64,000 bases of DNA from an uncultured Candidatus Saccharibacteria bacterium (GTDB lineage: Bacteria; Patescibacteriota; Minisyncoccia; Phycocordibacterales; UBA9973). The first letter of the stretch is position 1. Each line of letters starts with the position of its first letter. Where the stretch lies: the NCBI GenBank assembly GCA_964527185.1, contig CAZGOI010000002.1, positions 133,532 through 197,531 on the forward strand. The letters are read 5' to 3'. The translations under genes were made by a program, and so were the position numbers. Under the pieces are notes generated by a model, which worked only from the letters and a program-made list of their open reading frames with translations, was not told the origin of the DNA and searched no databases. Below, piece after piece: positions 49,176 through 59,063 of this stretch.

Positions 49176-49294
49176 AAAAAACCCTCCTGTATTAACAGGA
49201 GGGGTCCCCGCCAACTGGAAAGCGGGATAAAAATTAACAGGAGCAAAATGTTGATGATTTAACATCAAAACCAATCAACGCATTGAAAGAACTA
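49176..49294 (-). ncRNA. Candidate small RNA (about 120 nt)
   Basis: TTGACA (49328-49323), 17 bp, TAATAT (49305-49300) promoter; ends in CCCTCCTGT-taat-ACAGGAGGG-TTTTT terminator; no convincing ORF contained within. Confidence 0.45.
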
Positions 49295-49371
49295 TTTATA
49301 TATTATATTTATCTCTAACGATTGTCAATAATAATTGAAAATTTGGTGAAATTGTGACATTATCTATCCAT

Positions 49372-49428
49372 TGCCCGAGTGGGTAAAAAACAAACTGCTT
49401 TGTTTTTTACCAGATTGTAAATCTGTGG
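49372..49428 (+). pseudogene. Decayed tRNA-Tyr(GTA)-like relic
   Basis: D-arm-like TGCCCGAGTGGGTAAA and anticodon arm CAGA-TTGTAAA-TCTG separated by a 13-bp hairpin; no T arm or acceptor stem. Confidence 0.5.
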
Positions 49429-49471
49429 ACCGACACGAGGGCGTCGTTTAAAATAAGTATATATTTTAGAG

Positions 49472-49553
49472 GCCCGAGTGGCGGAACTGGTATACGCGCA
49501 CGACTTAAAATCGTGTCTCGCAAGGGATGTGGGTTCGATTCCCACCTCGGGCA
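49472..49553 (+). tRNA. tRNA-Leu(TAA)
   Basis: Acceptor GCCCGAG/CTCGGGC, anticodon arm CACGA-CTTAAAA-TCGTG, long variable arm, GTTCGATTC; no CCA. Confidence 0.95.
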
Positions 49554-49558
49554 CAAAA

Positions 49559-50872
49559 TCAATCTCTAGGTAAATCATTTTTGATCATACTCTCAGGTGC
49601 ATATGGCAGGTAGAGCATCGGGTCAAGATATGCATCTACCGGGGCAATTGGCATGACAAAATTCTTGCCATTGCATGTCAGGCTCGGCACTTGCCTAACG
49701 CTCGCACCTTCAGAGGCATAGACTGTCACATGCAAGTGCGGCCCTGTAGAGTGGCCAGTGTTGCCAGAGAGGGCGACGACATCACCGGTGTTGACCCTCT
49801 GTCCAACTTGGGCTTTTATGTAGGATAGGTGGCCGAAGGTGCTAGAGAGGCCACTGTCGTATTTGATGAAAACCCACTTACCAAATGATGCTCCGCGACA
49901 GTAAACATCTGTATCACCAGTGCCTATGACCGTCCCATCGGCCATTGATTTAACTTCTGTGCCGATCGAAGCTCTAAAGTCGACACCACTGTGAGAGCCC
50001 GATTTGTAGAGCCTCTTTGATGAACTAGTCACACCAAAAAGCTGAGTGATGAAGACGCTGTCAATCGGCCAAGCTAATACACCAGAACCCTCTTTGGGCA
50101 AAAGTTCTGGGTGAAGCACGAATTGCAATTGGGCTTCATAGTTTTGCAATGATTTTTCAAAAAGATCACGTTTGGCTAATCGATCGGCCAGCAATTTTTT
50201 ATAGTTTGATTCTTTATTTTTTGTTTCTTTGAGTAAAGTGTTTTTTTCTGATTTAGCAATGTCGACGGCTGTCTTTTGGTTAACTAGATTTTGTTTTAAT
50301 TTTGAGAGCTGCTGTTGTTCGGTTTCTTTTTTTGTTTTTGATTGTTCGAGGTTGGCTTTTTGATTTCCAAGATCGACAATAAGGGTTCTAACTTTTTCAT
50401 TGACTGTTACGATGTTGTTGTATTCTCGACTGGCATCGGCTAGATTCTGTTCGGAAAGTATTTTCTCTAGCATCGAAGTATTGTCTCGCAAATTCAGGTC
50501 TCTTATCATTTGGTTGAGGGCTGCGCTTGAAACTGTGATTTTATTTTCTTTGTCAGTTATATCAGAATCTAGGTTGTTTATGATAATATTTGTCGCGCTT
50601 ATTTTCTTTTGCGTTTGGTTAACTTGGGCGAGCAATTTATCGCGGGTTAGCGTCAGTTCTTTGATGATATTGGCCAAGGTATTTGACTGTGCGTTTGTAT
50701 CTGCAATTTGCGACTGATAGTTTGCAATTTCTTTATTCAGAGATTCAATTTGTGAGTTCAGGTCGCTGATATGAAAAGTGATAGCGTTCGGGTCTACGGC
50801 AAAGGCAATAGTCGGCAGCTGTACCACCAACAAAAATATTAATATTGCAATAAATGCAAATCTAGATCTCAT
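49559..50872 (-). CDS. Secreted coiled-coil M23 family peptidoglycan endopeptidase
   Basis: Signal peptide, coiled coil, HSGVD (HxxxD), STGPHLH (HxH). Confidence 0.9.
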   Translation of the reverse strand: MRSRFAFIAILIFLLVVQLPTIAFAVDPNAITFHISDLNSQIESLNKEIANYQSQIADTNAQSNTLANIIKELTLTRDKLLAQVNQTQKKISATNIIINNLDSDITDKENKITVSSAALNQMIRDLNLRDNTSMLEKILSEQNLADASREYNNIVTVNEKVRTLIVDLGNQKANLEQSKTKKETEQQQLSKLKQNLVNQKTAVDIAKSEKNTLLKETKNKESNYKKLLADRLAKRDLFEKSLQNYEAQLQFVLHPELLPKEGSGVLAWPIDSVFITQLFGVTSSSKRLYKSGSHSGVDFRASIGTEVKSMADGTVIGTGDTDVYCRGASFGKWVFIKYDSGLSSTFGHLSYIKAQVGQRVNTGDVVALSGNTGHSTGPHLHVTVYASEGASVRQVPSLTCNGKNFVMPIAPVDAYLDPMLYLPYAPESMIKNDLPRD

Positions 50873-50886
50873 AAAGCTATTATAGC

Positions 50887-52257
50887 TTAATTTAAGAGTA
50901 GTCCTATTGCCGTATTTAACCGTTCTACTGTTTCTTTTTTGCCTAAAATCTCAGAAAGTAGGAATGGGTCTGGCGATTTGTCTTGCCCTGTCATCGCATA
51001 GCGCATCGGCCAGAGCAAGTCCCCACGGCCTACCTTTTCGGCGTATGGCCAGATCGTGTTTTTAACGCTGTTTTTATTAAAATCTGTATCTGCGATAGAC
51101 TCTATGAGTTCTACCACGTGTTTTAAATATGAGGCGACCACAAGATACTTATTATTGTCTTTAATTTTTGAAGATTTAAAAATCAGTGATTCTTTTTCAT
51201 AAACTGGTTTGCCAAAAAAGTATGTCAGTTCGCCGGCGTTGGCCATGTCTACTATGTCGCTGCCTTTTGAAATGCGTTCGATGATTGTCGGAGTGATGTT
51301 GTGGAGCATTTCCGAGTTGTAACTAGGTAAGTTTTTTAGGCTCTCGGGTATAAAATTTGAAACATATTCTTCTTGTTCTTCAAAAGACAGTTTGTTTAGA
51401 TATTCTTTGTTGAACCAATCTAGTTTCTCTTCATTAAAAACTCCGGGGCTTTTTTGAACCTTTTTCAGATCAAATTCTTTAATCAATTCTTGACGGGTAA
51501 ATATTTCTTGATCAGTACCTGGGTTCCAGCCAATCAAAACCAAAAAGTTTATGAGTGCCTCGGGCAAGTAGCCATTTTCTTTGTATTGGTAGACGTTGGT
51601 GTCACCATCGCGCTTTGACATTTTCTTTTTTGATTCAGATAAAATGAGCGGGATATGGGCATAGACCACGCTACCCAAATCGAGCGCCTCTCTAATCAAT
51701 ATTTGCCTAGGTGTGTTTGGCACATGCTCTTGGGCGCGAATGATGTGGGTTACGCCCATCTCGTGGTCATCGACGACATTGGCAAAATGAAACACTGGCG
51801 TATCAAAATCTTTTGCAATCACAAAATCTTTTAGGTCGCTGCTGTCGACAGATATTTCGCCTAGGATTTCATCTGTAAACGAGACAACCTTGTTCGGGTT
51901 CTTAAATCTTATGACCGAATCTCTGTCACCTTTTTCTTTCGGCTCTTCTTTTGAGATATAGGCCAAGCCATTGTCTACCAGTTCATGCAGATATTTTTTA
52001 TAAGATTCTATATTTTCGCTTTGCCTATGGAGTTCATCGTAATCGATATCAAGCCACCCGAAAGAATCTAAAATACTATCTTCATATTCTTTTTTACTGC
52101 GCTCTTTGTCGGTGTCCTCGATGCGGATTATGAACTTGCCATTATTTTTCCTAGCAAAAAAATAAGAAAATAATGCTGTCCTAACCCCGCCGATATGCAA
52201 ATGACCAGTCGGTGACGGCGCAAAACGAGTTACGATTTTTCTATTTGAGTCTGTCAT
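50887..52257 (-). CDS. gltX: Glutamate--tRNA ligase
   Basis: RFAPSPTG, HIGG, RIEDTD, KMSKR; start moved to MTDSN. Confidence 0.96.
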   Translation of the reverse strand: MTDSNRKIVTRFAPSPTGHLHIGGVRTALFSYFFARKNNGKFIIRIEDTDKERSKKEYEDSILDSFGWLDIDYDELHRQSENIESYKKYLHELVDNGLAYISKEEPKEKGDRDSVIRFKNPNKVVSFTDEILGEISVDSSDLKDFVIAKDFDTPVFHFANVVDDHEMGVTHIIRAQEHVPNTPRQILIREALDLGSVVYAHIPLILSESKKKMSKRDGDTNVYQYKENGYLPEALINFLVLIGWNPGTDQEIFTRQELIKEFDLKKVQKSPGVFNEEKLDWFNKEYLNKLSFEEQEEYVSNFIPESLKNLPSYNSEMLHNITPTIIERISKGSDIVDMANAGELTYFFGKPVYEKESLIFKSSKIKDNNKYLVVASYLKHVVELIESIADTDFNKNSVKNTIWPYAEKVGRGDLLWPMRYAMTGQDKSPDPFLLSEILGKKETVERLNTAIGLLLN

Positions 52258-52258
52258 T

Positions 52259-53386
52259 TTATTTTTCGTGTAACAATGCGATATCGATAGCTTCTTGGGC
52301 AATTTTCTCGGCTGCGCTTGGCGTGGCAAAGGCGAGGGCACGCTTTGTCATCACTTCTAATTTTTCTTTGCTATTGACTAAGCGATCGATCTCGGCAACC
52401 AGAACGTGCGGGGTTAGGTTGTTTTCTTCGATAACTTCGCAGCCACCGGCTCGAGCGTAGCTGAATGCATTTTTCTTCTGATGATCGCCGTTTGAATTTG
52501 TGATCGGGATTATTATAGACGGCACTCCCCATGAAGCAATTTCAAAAATAGATGAACCAGCTCGCGAGACTACAAGGGTCGCCGCGCCCGAGGCCATGCG
52601 AACAGCCAGATTGTTTAGGTAAGGCATTGGTCGGTAACGAGTTTTGTTTTCATTGCCTTCAAGGACGATGTTTGAACGCGAGATGACATCGCTATAGAGT
52701 TTCTCTCCTGTTTGGTGGATTATTTGATATTTGGAAACGAGCTCTGGTAGAGCATCAATCAGGGCGTTGTTTATGATTTCTGCACCTTGAGAGCCGCCGT
52801 AGAAAAACAAGACTGGGATATTTGGTACGAATTTAAAAAACTCAAATGAGCCCTCTGGATTTTTTTGTAAAATTGCTTTACGGATTGGTTGACCAGTTAG
52901 AGCAGTTTTTTCTTTTGGTAATTTTTCACCAGCTTCGGGCCATGAGACCGCGATGCGCTTTGCGAATTTTGCGGTCCAGAGGTTGAGCCTGCCTGGATTT
53001 GAATCTGATTCATGGACGATGACTGGTATGCGCAAAAGTTTTGCTGCAAAGACTGCTGGGAACGCGGCATAGCCACCTTTTGAGATAACAACATCTGGAT
53101 AGATAAAAAACATACTGAGTAGGCCAAAAAATGCGCCGATAGCAGTTTTGAAAATATCAAAAAAATTTTTGATAGAGAAATACTTACGCATTTTTCCAGA
53201 AGGAATTTCGACATAGGTGATTCTATTTTCAAAAAGCATGCGTTTGTCATACGGTGAGTCTGACATGTAGTACAGTTTTAGATCTACGATTTTTTCTTTT
53301 TCAACTAAGTCGTTTATCTCCTCGGCGATGGCGACCAGCGGATAGAAGTGGCCGCCTGTCCCGCCCCCGGTAAGTAATATTTTCAT
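52259..53386 (-). CDS. murG: Lipid II GlcNAc transferase MurG
   Basis: GGGTGGH, KGGY, HESD, GGSQGA, SRAG, HQKKNA. Confidence 0.96.
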   Translation of the reverse strand: MKILLTGGGTGGHFYPLVAIAEEINDLVEKEKIVDLKLYYMSDSPYDKRMLFENRITYVEIPSGKMRKYFSIKNFFDIFKTAIGAFFGLLSMFFIYPDVVISKGGYAAFPAVFAAKLLRIPVIVHESDSNPGRLNLWTAKFAKRIAVSWPEAGEKLPKEKTALTGQPIRKAILQKNPEGSFEFFKFVPNIPVLFFYGGSQGAEIINNALIDALPELVSKYQIIHQTGEKLYSDVISRSNIVLEGNENKTRYRPMPYLNNLAVRMASGAATLVVSRAGSSIFEIASWGVPSIIIPITNSNGDHQKKNAFSYARAGGCEVIEENNLTPHVLVAEIDRLVNSKEKLEVMTKRALAFATPSAAEKIAQEAIDIALLHEK

Positions 53387-53419
53387 GACATTTATTTTAG
53401 CTTATTTTATATATATTTT

Positions 53420-54523
53420 CTAGTGTTCCCTTTTGGCATTTTTTGAAACACTCAAGACTATTCCCATGGTTGCAATCGAGATGAGGAGTGATGTTCCACC
53501 TTGGCTAATAAAAACAAGTGGTACACCAGTCAGTGGAAAAACTCCAATAATTGAAGCTATGTTCATAAAAGATTGAGCTGTAATAATAGTGATTGTGCCA
53601 GTCACTAGGAGTTTACTGAATGAATCTGGGGCATAATATGCAATCCTATATCCACGAAGGGCAAAAGCAATATAAAGACAAACAAGAAGAATGCAACCGA
53701 TAAAACCAAGCTCCTCACCGACGACAGCAAAGATAGAGTCGCCTTGGGGTTCGGGCAGATAATTAAATTTTTGAATACTTTGTCCCAACCCTCGACCAAA
53801 GACCCCACCTGACCCAACTGCAATTAGAGATTGTTGTAATTGGTATGACGAAGTACTAGCATTTTCGCTCGGATGAATGAAGGTTTCTATGCGTTGCATG
53901 AGATATGGTTTGAAGGTCACTAAGATTATAAAACCAAGAACGCTAACTACAAAAACTCCGACGATGTGTTTAACTGGCGTACCGGAAACAAAAAGCATAG
54001 CGATCCCAGTTATTGTTATGAGGATGATACTTTTTGTGTCGGGCTGCTTTATTAGTACGAGTGCCACAACACCGAGCAATAAAATAAATGGCAAGAGGCT
54101 GAATTTAATATCTGTCAATTTATTTTTCGCCCAAGAGAGCCAAGCTGCAAAATAAAATATGAATCCAAGTTTTAGAAATTCAACTGGTTGAAAAGAAATC
54201 CCAAATATATTGACCCATCGACGTGCGCCACCGTGCAGTGAACCAAGATGCGGGACAAAAACGAGTAGAGTTATAAGTATCGAACCTATAAAAAGCGGCA
54301 AGGAATAGTTTCGCCAAAACTTGTATGGAATTTTCATTACAAAAAATAGAGCAACGAGCCCACCACATAGCCCAAAAACAAATTGAGCAAATATTACACC
54401 GTAGAACTTTGTTTCATTTTTAGCGAGAATGCCGAGCGAGGCCGAAGTGAACATTATAATACCGACAAAAACAAGTGCGATAACAATTCCAAAAAAAACT
54501 TTGTCGATACCTTTTGTCTTCAT
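53420..54523 (-). CDS. ftsW: SEDS peptidoglycan polymerase FtsW
   Basis: GARRW, FQPVEF, QPD, LPEPQGDSIF..GEELG, PLTGVPLVFISQGG; between mraY and murG. Confidence 0.92.
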   Translation of the reverse strand: MKTKGIDKVFFGIVIALVFVGIIMFTSASLGILAKNETKFYGVIFAQFVFGLCGGLVALFFVMKIPYKFWRNYSLPLFIGSILITLLVFVPHLGSLHGGARRWVNIFGISFQPVEFLKLGFIFYFAAWLSWAKNKLTDIKFSLLPFILLLGVVALVLIKQPDTKSIILITITGIAMLFVSGTPVKHIVGVFVVSVLGFIILVTFKPYLMQRIETFIHPSENASTSSYQLQQSLIAVGSGGVFGRGLGQSIQKFNYLPEPQGDSIFAVVGEELGFIGCILLVCLYIAFALRGYRIAYYAPDSFSKLLVTGTITIITAQSFMNIASIIGVFPLTGVPLVFISQGGTSLLISIATMGIVLSVSKNAKREH

Positions 54524-55572
54524 TAGTTTATAAGAGATATTATAACCCCGACGATAGAAGAGATAACTCCGATGATCCAGTAGCGCATCGTGACTTTATA
54601 TTTTGGCCAACCGAGGGCTTCAAAATGGTGGTGCAGAGGCGCCATTTTAAAAACTCTTCGCCCGCCAAAGTATCTACGAGCAACCATTTGAATCAGGGCT
54701 GAAAGTGAAGTTACAAATAGTGGAAAGGCGATGATTGGCAACAAAAATACTGTGTTGGTTAGGAATGCGATTACCGAAATAGTTACTGTTAAGCCTATCA
54801 TGCCAGTCTCACCCATATAAAAACGGGCTGGCGGAATATTGAACCACAAAAATGCAAGTATCCCCCCGACGATAACAGCGCAGAATGCTGCCAGGTCTAT
54901 CTGATTGTGCAGAAATGCAATGATCGAGTAACTTGCAAATATTGATGACAAAACTCCGCCAGAGAGGCCGTCGATACCGTCGATAACGCTCGAAGACCAA
55001 AGCGATAGCATGACGAGGATGAAAAATGGCACAAAGATTAGACCTAGGGTTACAAACCCAAACCATGGTATGTAAACTACATTTATACCAAGCTTGAAAT
55101 AAAACCACGAACCAATGATAAACCCGAGTATCAATATTATGCCTATTTTTATGTAGCGAAGTTTTATCGGGTCGGTTGTCCATTTACCGTGACCAAATAT
55201 TTGCAAGAAATCATCGATTAGACCTATGAGCGAGGCCACGAGGAGCGCAAAAAGTGGCAAGAGTGTTTGATTACGACTTATGAAATAAAATTTGCTACTA
55301 ATTTCATTGTTAAAAACAATATCGAGTATTCCAAAAATAAAAATTGTTATAACAACTGAAACCCAGACGATCATCCCACCAGTCCGCGGTGTTGAAGTTT
55401 CAGCCAAACCATCGTTGAGTTTGGCAAAGTCACTAACCGGGACGTTGTGGTTACGCGAAACTTTACGCCACATTTTATATTTGTAAAAATAGTGCGTGGC
55501 AACTGGGGTCAGACTCAAGCCTACCAGAAATGAAACGGTTGCTGGAAGAAAAATTTTAAGAGCGTTGATCAT
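54523..55572 (-). CDS. mraY: Phospho-N-acetylmuramoyl-pentapeptide transferase
   Basis: TPRTGG, GLIDD, DGIDGL, FNIPPARFYMGE, MAPLHHHFE. Confidence 0.95.
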   Translation of the reverse strand: MINALKIFLPATVSFLVGLSLTPVATHYFYKYKMWRKVSRNHNVPVSDFAKLNDGLAETSTPRTGGMIVWVSVVITIFIFGILDIVFNNEISSKFYFISRNQTLLPLFALLVASLIGLIDDFLQIFGHGKWTTDPIKLRYIKIGIILILGFIIGSWFYFKLGINVVYIPWFGFVTLGLIFVPFFILVMLSLWSSSVIDGIDGLSGGVLSSIFASYSIIAFLHNQIDLAAFCAVIVGGILAFLWFNIPPARFYMGETGMIGLTVTISVIAFLTNTVFLLPIIAFPLFVTSLSALIQMVARRYFGGRRVFKMAPLHHHFEALGWPKYKVTMRYWIIGVISSIVGVIISLIN

Positions 55573-56116
55573 CTTTTTCTGAATTCTCTGTATTACCTTT
55601 TACGACTTCGTCTAGTTGGTTTCGAACTGATTGATAATTGGGTAACTCTTCTAGAGATCTAACACCCATAAATGACATCAGGTCAAAAGTTGGTTTGTAT
55701 AGCATGCGACGGCTGTCTTTTGGGTCGATGGTTTTTTCTATCAAGCCACGAATGAGCAAATTGCGAATAATGAAACTTGAATTTACACCCCTTATATAAT
55801 CGATCTCACTTCGTGGAATGTCTGTTTTGTATAAAATTATTGAGAGTGTTTCGAGCGAAGCTTTTGAAAGATCTTTGGTCAATTCTTCTTTACGGATTGA
55901 TTCTATTAGCGGCGAGAGTTCTTTTGCAACGCCGAGCATTACGGTGTCTGCCTTGCGCATAAGCATTAGGCCGCGGTTTTTTAAACTCCCTTCGAGCCGT
56001 GACAGCGCGATTGAAACTTCTTCTTCAGATACGCCAAAGAGTTTTGCCATCTCTTTTATGGTCATTTCTTCACCTTTATAGAAAAGTAGGCCTTCAATTT
56101 TAGCTTCGAGTTCCAT
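55556..56116 (-). CDS. scpB: SMC-associated protein ScpB
   Basis: IEGLLF, LSKASLETL, IDYIRGVNS, LEELP. Confidence 0.93.
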   Translation of the reverse strand: MELEAKIEGLLFYKGEEMTIKEMAKLFGVSEEEVSIALSRLEGSLKNRGLMLMRKADTVMLGVAKELSPLIESIRKEELTKDLSKASLETLSIILYKTDIPRSEIDYIRGVNSSFIIRNLLIRGLIEKTIDPKDSRRMLYKPTFDLMSFMGVRSLEELPNYQSVRNQLDEVVKGNTENSEKDDQRS

Positions 56117-56117
56117 T

Positions 56118-56894
56118 TTATTCTGTAGATAAATTATTTTCTAATTTTTGTTTAACGATTTCGATATCTTCAAAGTTATTATTTTGAATTACGTCGATCA
56201 AACCCTCGCGGACGAGCTCGAGCATGGCTAAGAATGAGACTATGACATGGACACGGGCTTCTTCTTTGTTCTTGGCGCCATGACTTTTAGCAAAAGATCT
56301 GAAAGAAATATTTATTGCATTCTCAATGCGATCGGTCAAACTATTTATAACTTGATCGATATTTATAATTTTTTTTATTTCAATTTCTGGTAATTTTTCT
56401 TCTTTCTTTGGGAGTGAAACTATAACATCATTTATAGAATTAGATATAGATTGGGTAGTTATGGTTTCACTTGGGGAAAAAAGCGCTTCGTCCCAACTAT
56501 GCTCGAGTGGTCTAAATATTATTTGTAAGCCAAAATTATTTTTTATTTCAATGCTTGCTGTTTTGATTATTTTATACAACTTTAATCTTTTTTCAAGGTC
56601 AGAAATTTTTTCTTCTTCATCTTCAGTCAAACTCAAATCCGGTAGAAGCGATTTGGATTTTATGAGCACGAGCGTCGCCGCGATCAAGATGAAATATGAA
56701 AGGTCTGATATTTGCTTGTCGGCTGAAATTTCTCCGAGTGAACGTACGTATTTTATATAATCATCGGTGACTTGGGCAAGGGAGATATCGTTGACAAAGA
56801 GCCTCCGATCTTCGATCAGCGAAACAAGGAGTTCGAGTGGCCCTTCAAATGCAGTGGTTTTAACTTTGAAATTAGTGTTGTCTGTTATATCCAT
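56118..56894 (-). CDS. scpA: Kleisin ScpA
   Basis: FEGPLELL, IKSKSLLP, FLAMLEL. Confidence 0.93.
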   Translation of the reverse strand: MDITDNTNFKVKTTAFEGPLELLVSLIEDRRLFVNDISLAQVTDDYIKYVRSLGEISADKQISDLSYFILIAATLVLIKSKSLLPDLSLTEDEEEKISDLEKRLKLYKIIKTASIEIKNNFGLQIIFRPLEHSWDEALFSPSETITTQSISNSINDVIVSLPKKEEKLPEIEIKKIINIDQVINSLTDRIENAINISFRSFAKSHGAKNKEEARVHVIVSFLAMLELVREGLIDVIQNNNFEDIEIVKQKLENNLSTE

Positions 56895-56895
56895 T

Positions 56896-57348
56896 TTAGT
56901 TTACAATTTTATTTTTTATTTTTTCAAGGTTTGCATCATCGGCTCGCTCGTAATCATGGCTCGACATATAACCCTCATATTTTTCAAAATATTTATGAGG
57001 CTTGCCTATTCGTTGTTTCCACTCTTGATCTTTTGTTCCATGCATTGGAAAAAGTTTAGAGTGGACATGGTTGACTCCAAAACCTTCAAGTATCATTCCA
57101 GTCCGGCCTACATCATCAAGTTTTTCATCTAATAATTTAGCAACTTTTTTTGTTGCAATGATTAAATCAGCCAATATATTATCAGGTAAATCGAAAGCAT
57201 AACTATCATAATGATCTTTTGTTATAACCACAGAGAAACCTTCGGTGTTTGGAAATATACTTAAAAAAGCTAGGTGCTTATCGTCCTCCCAAATTTTATA
57301 TGCTGGGGCTTCCCCTTTTACAATTTTGCAAAAAATACAGTTTTCCAT
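56896..57348 (-). CDS. HIT family hydrolase
   Basis: CIFCKIV, HVHSK histidine-triad variant. Confidence 0.88.
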   Translation of the reverse strand: MENCIFCKIVKGEAPAYKIWEDDKHLAFLSIFPNTEGFSVVITKDHYDSYAFDLPDNILADLIIATKKVAKLLDEKLDDVGRTGMILEGFGVNHVHSKLFPMHGTKDQEWKQRIGKPHKYFEKYEGYMSSHDYERADDANLEKIKNKIVN

Positions 57349-58766
57349 TATTTTTTATCAATTTTTATACTCAATTCTTTTAATTGTCTATCTGAAATTT
57401 CAGATGGAGACTTCATCATCAGATCTTTACCCTCGCCCGTTTTTGGAAATGCAATAACTTCACGAATATTTTCTTCATTTTCGAGTAACATCATAAATCG
57501 ATCAAAACCCCAGGCTATGCCTCCATGAGGTGGACAACCCGAGGAAAGGGCCTGTAGCATGTGGCCAAAATTCCTCTCAATTGTATTTGGTTGATAGCCC
57601 ATGATCTCAAATACTTTTCCAAGCGCTTCGGCTTCATGGTTTCTAATACTTCCACCACCTATTTCGTTACCGTTTAAAATAATATCGTATTGTGTAGTCA
57701 AAATTTCTCCAATATTTTTTTTGTTTATAAGCATTTTCATATACTCGTCCTTTGGCCTTGAAAATGGGTTGTGTGTAAAAGTCCATTCACCTTCGGCATC
57801 GGGGTTATCAGATTTATTTGTTTTCTCAAAAAATGGAAAATCAATTACCCAACAAAAAGCAAGTATGTCTGGGTCATTTTTATTTTCGCGAATATCTGGT
57901 CTATCGCTATTATATTTTTCCATAGCTTCAGCGTATGTAAGCCTAGGAAATGGAATTGTTTGTATTTTTTTATTTGGATAAAGATTTTTTAAAATACTTA
58001 TTATCAATTTTTCATTTAATTCCATTAAGTCTTCACGTTTAACAAAACTCATTTCAAGATCGAGTTGTGTAAATTCAGGTTGTCGGTCACCACGGGTATC
58101 TTCATCACGCATACAACGAGCAATTTGAAAATATTTTTCAACTCCCCCGGCCATAAGTAATTGTTTGTATTGCTGGGGTGATTGTGGCAGTGCATAAAAA
58201 TTTCCAGGATAGAGCCGTGAGGGTACTACATAATCCCGCGCACCTTCTGGTGTTGATTTAGTTAATATTGGTGTTTCTATTTCCACAAAATTTTCTTCAT
58301 CCAAAAAATCACGAATAAATTTTACAACCTTGTGTCTGTTACGAATATTCTTCTGCATTCTCGGACGACGCAGGTCTAGATATCTATACTCTAAGCGATT
58401 TTCCTCGCCTATTTCTAACCCAGATGATGTTATATCAAAATTAGGAGTATTTGCCATATTTAAGACTTCTATACCAGTAATCTCAAGTTCTATATCGCCA
58501 TTTATAATCCCCTCTTTTATATTTTTATCTGGACGTTTATTGACAATTCCATTTATCTTGAGCACCCATTCATTACGAACTTCTTTGATTGCCTCCATGG
58601 CAGAGGTGTGGTTTGGCAACACCACGCACTGAACTTTACCCGACATATCGCGCATATCGATAAAAACTAGTTTGCCTTGATCGCGTCTAACATCAACCCA
58701 ACCACAAATTATAATTTCCTTGCCAATATGTTCTTTTAAATCTTTTATGTATATCCTGTTTTTCAT
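57348..58766 (-). CDS. aspS: Aspartate--tRNA ligase (short, lacking the GAD insertion)
   Basis: GWV..RRD, YRYLDLRR, STPEGARDY, LPQSPQQYKQLLM, GGGSIR, PPHGGIAWG. Confidence 0.95.
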   Translation of the reverse strand: MKNRIYIKDLKEHIGKEIIICGWVDVRRDQGKLVFIDMRDMSGKVQCVVLPNHTSAMEAIKEVRNEWVLKINGIVNKRPDKNIKEGIINGDIELEITGIEVLNMANTPNFDITSSGLEIGEENRLEYRYLDLRRPRMQKNIRNRHKVVKFIRDFLDEENFVEIETPILTKSTPEGARDYVVPSRLYPGNFYALPQSPQQYKQLLMAGGVEKYFQIARCMRDEDTRGDRQPEFTQLDLEMSFVKREDLMELNEKLIISILKNLYPNKKIQTIPFPRLTYAEAMEKYNSDRPDIRENKNDPDILAFCWVIDFPFFEKTNKSDNPDAEGEWTFTHNPFSRPKDEYMKMLINKKNIGEILTTQYDIILNGNEIGGGSIRNHEAEALGKVFEIMGYQPNTIERNFGHMLQALSSGCPPHGGIAWGFDRFMMLLENEENIREVIAFPKTGEGKDLMMKSPSEISDRQLKELSIKIDKK

Positions 58767-58782
58767 ATTTTTAAAATTAATA

Positions 58783-59061
58783 TTAATGTATATCTTCCGT
58801 TATTAAAAAATCATACGGCAAAGAGATAATGAATGTAATAGCGACTAACAACCAGTAAAACGGCGTGTATAGATAGTAGAGAACGATATCGTGTTTTTTC
58901 ATATTAAAATACATTTTTTGGTTGGCTATGTTTAAATTGTTTATCGGTATGTATACTACCCCAAGGACAATCGTCAATATAATCCTTACAATTTTTACAG
59001 TTTTGATTAAAAAATAAATTGCTACAACTATTAATATTATTCTTAAAAAGTCATACCACAT
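58783..59061 (-). CDS. Small hydrophobic hypothetical protein
   Basis: 92-aa hydrophobic ORF in operon orientation between trpS and aspS. Confidence 0.55.
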   Translation of the reverse strand: MWYDFLRIILIVVAIYFLIKTVKIVRIILTIVLGVVYIPINNLNIANQKMYFNMKKHDIVLYYLYTPFYWLLVAITFIISLPYDFLITEDIH

Positions 59062-59063
59062 AA

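Noticed and set aside
49360-49578. 72-aa minus-strand ORF
   Set aside because: Antisense to tRNA-Leu, a classic spurious ORF
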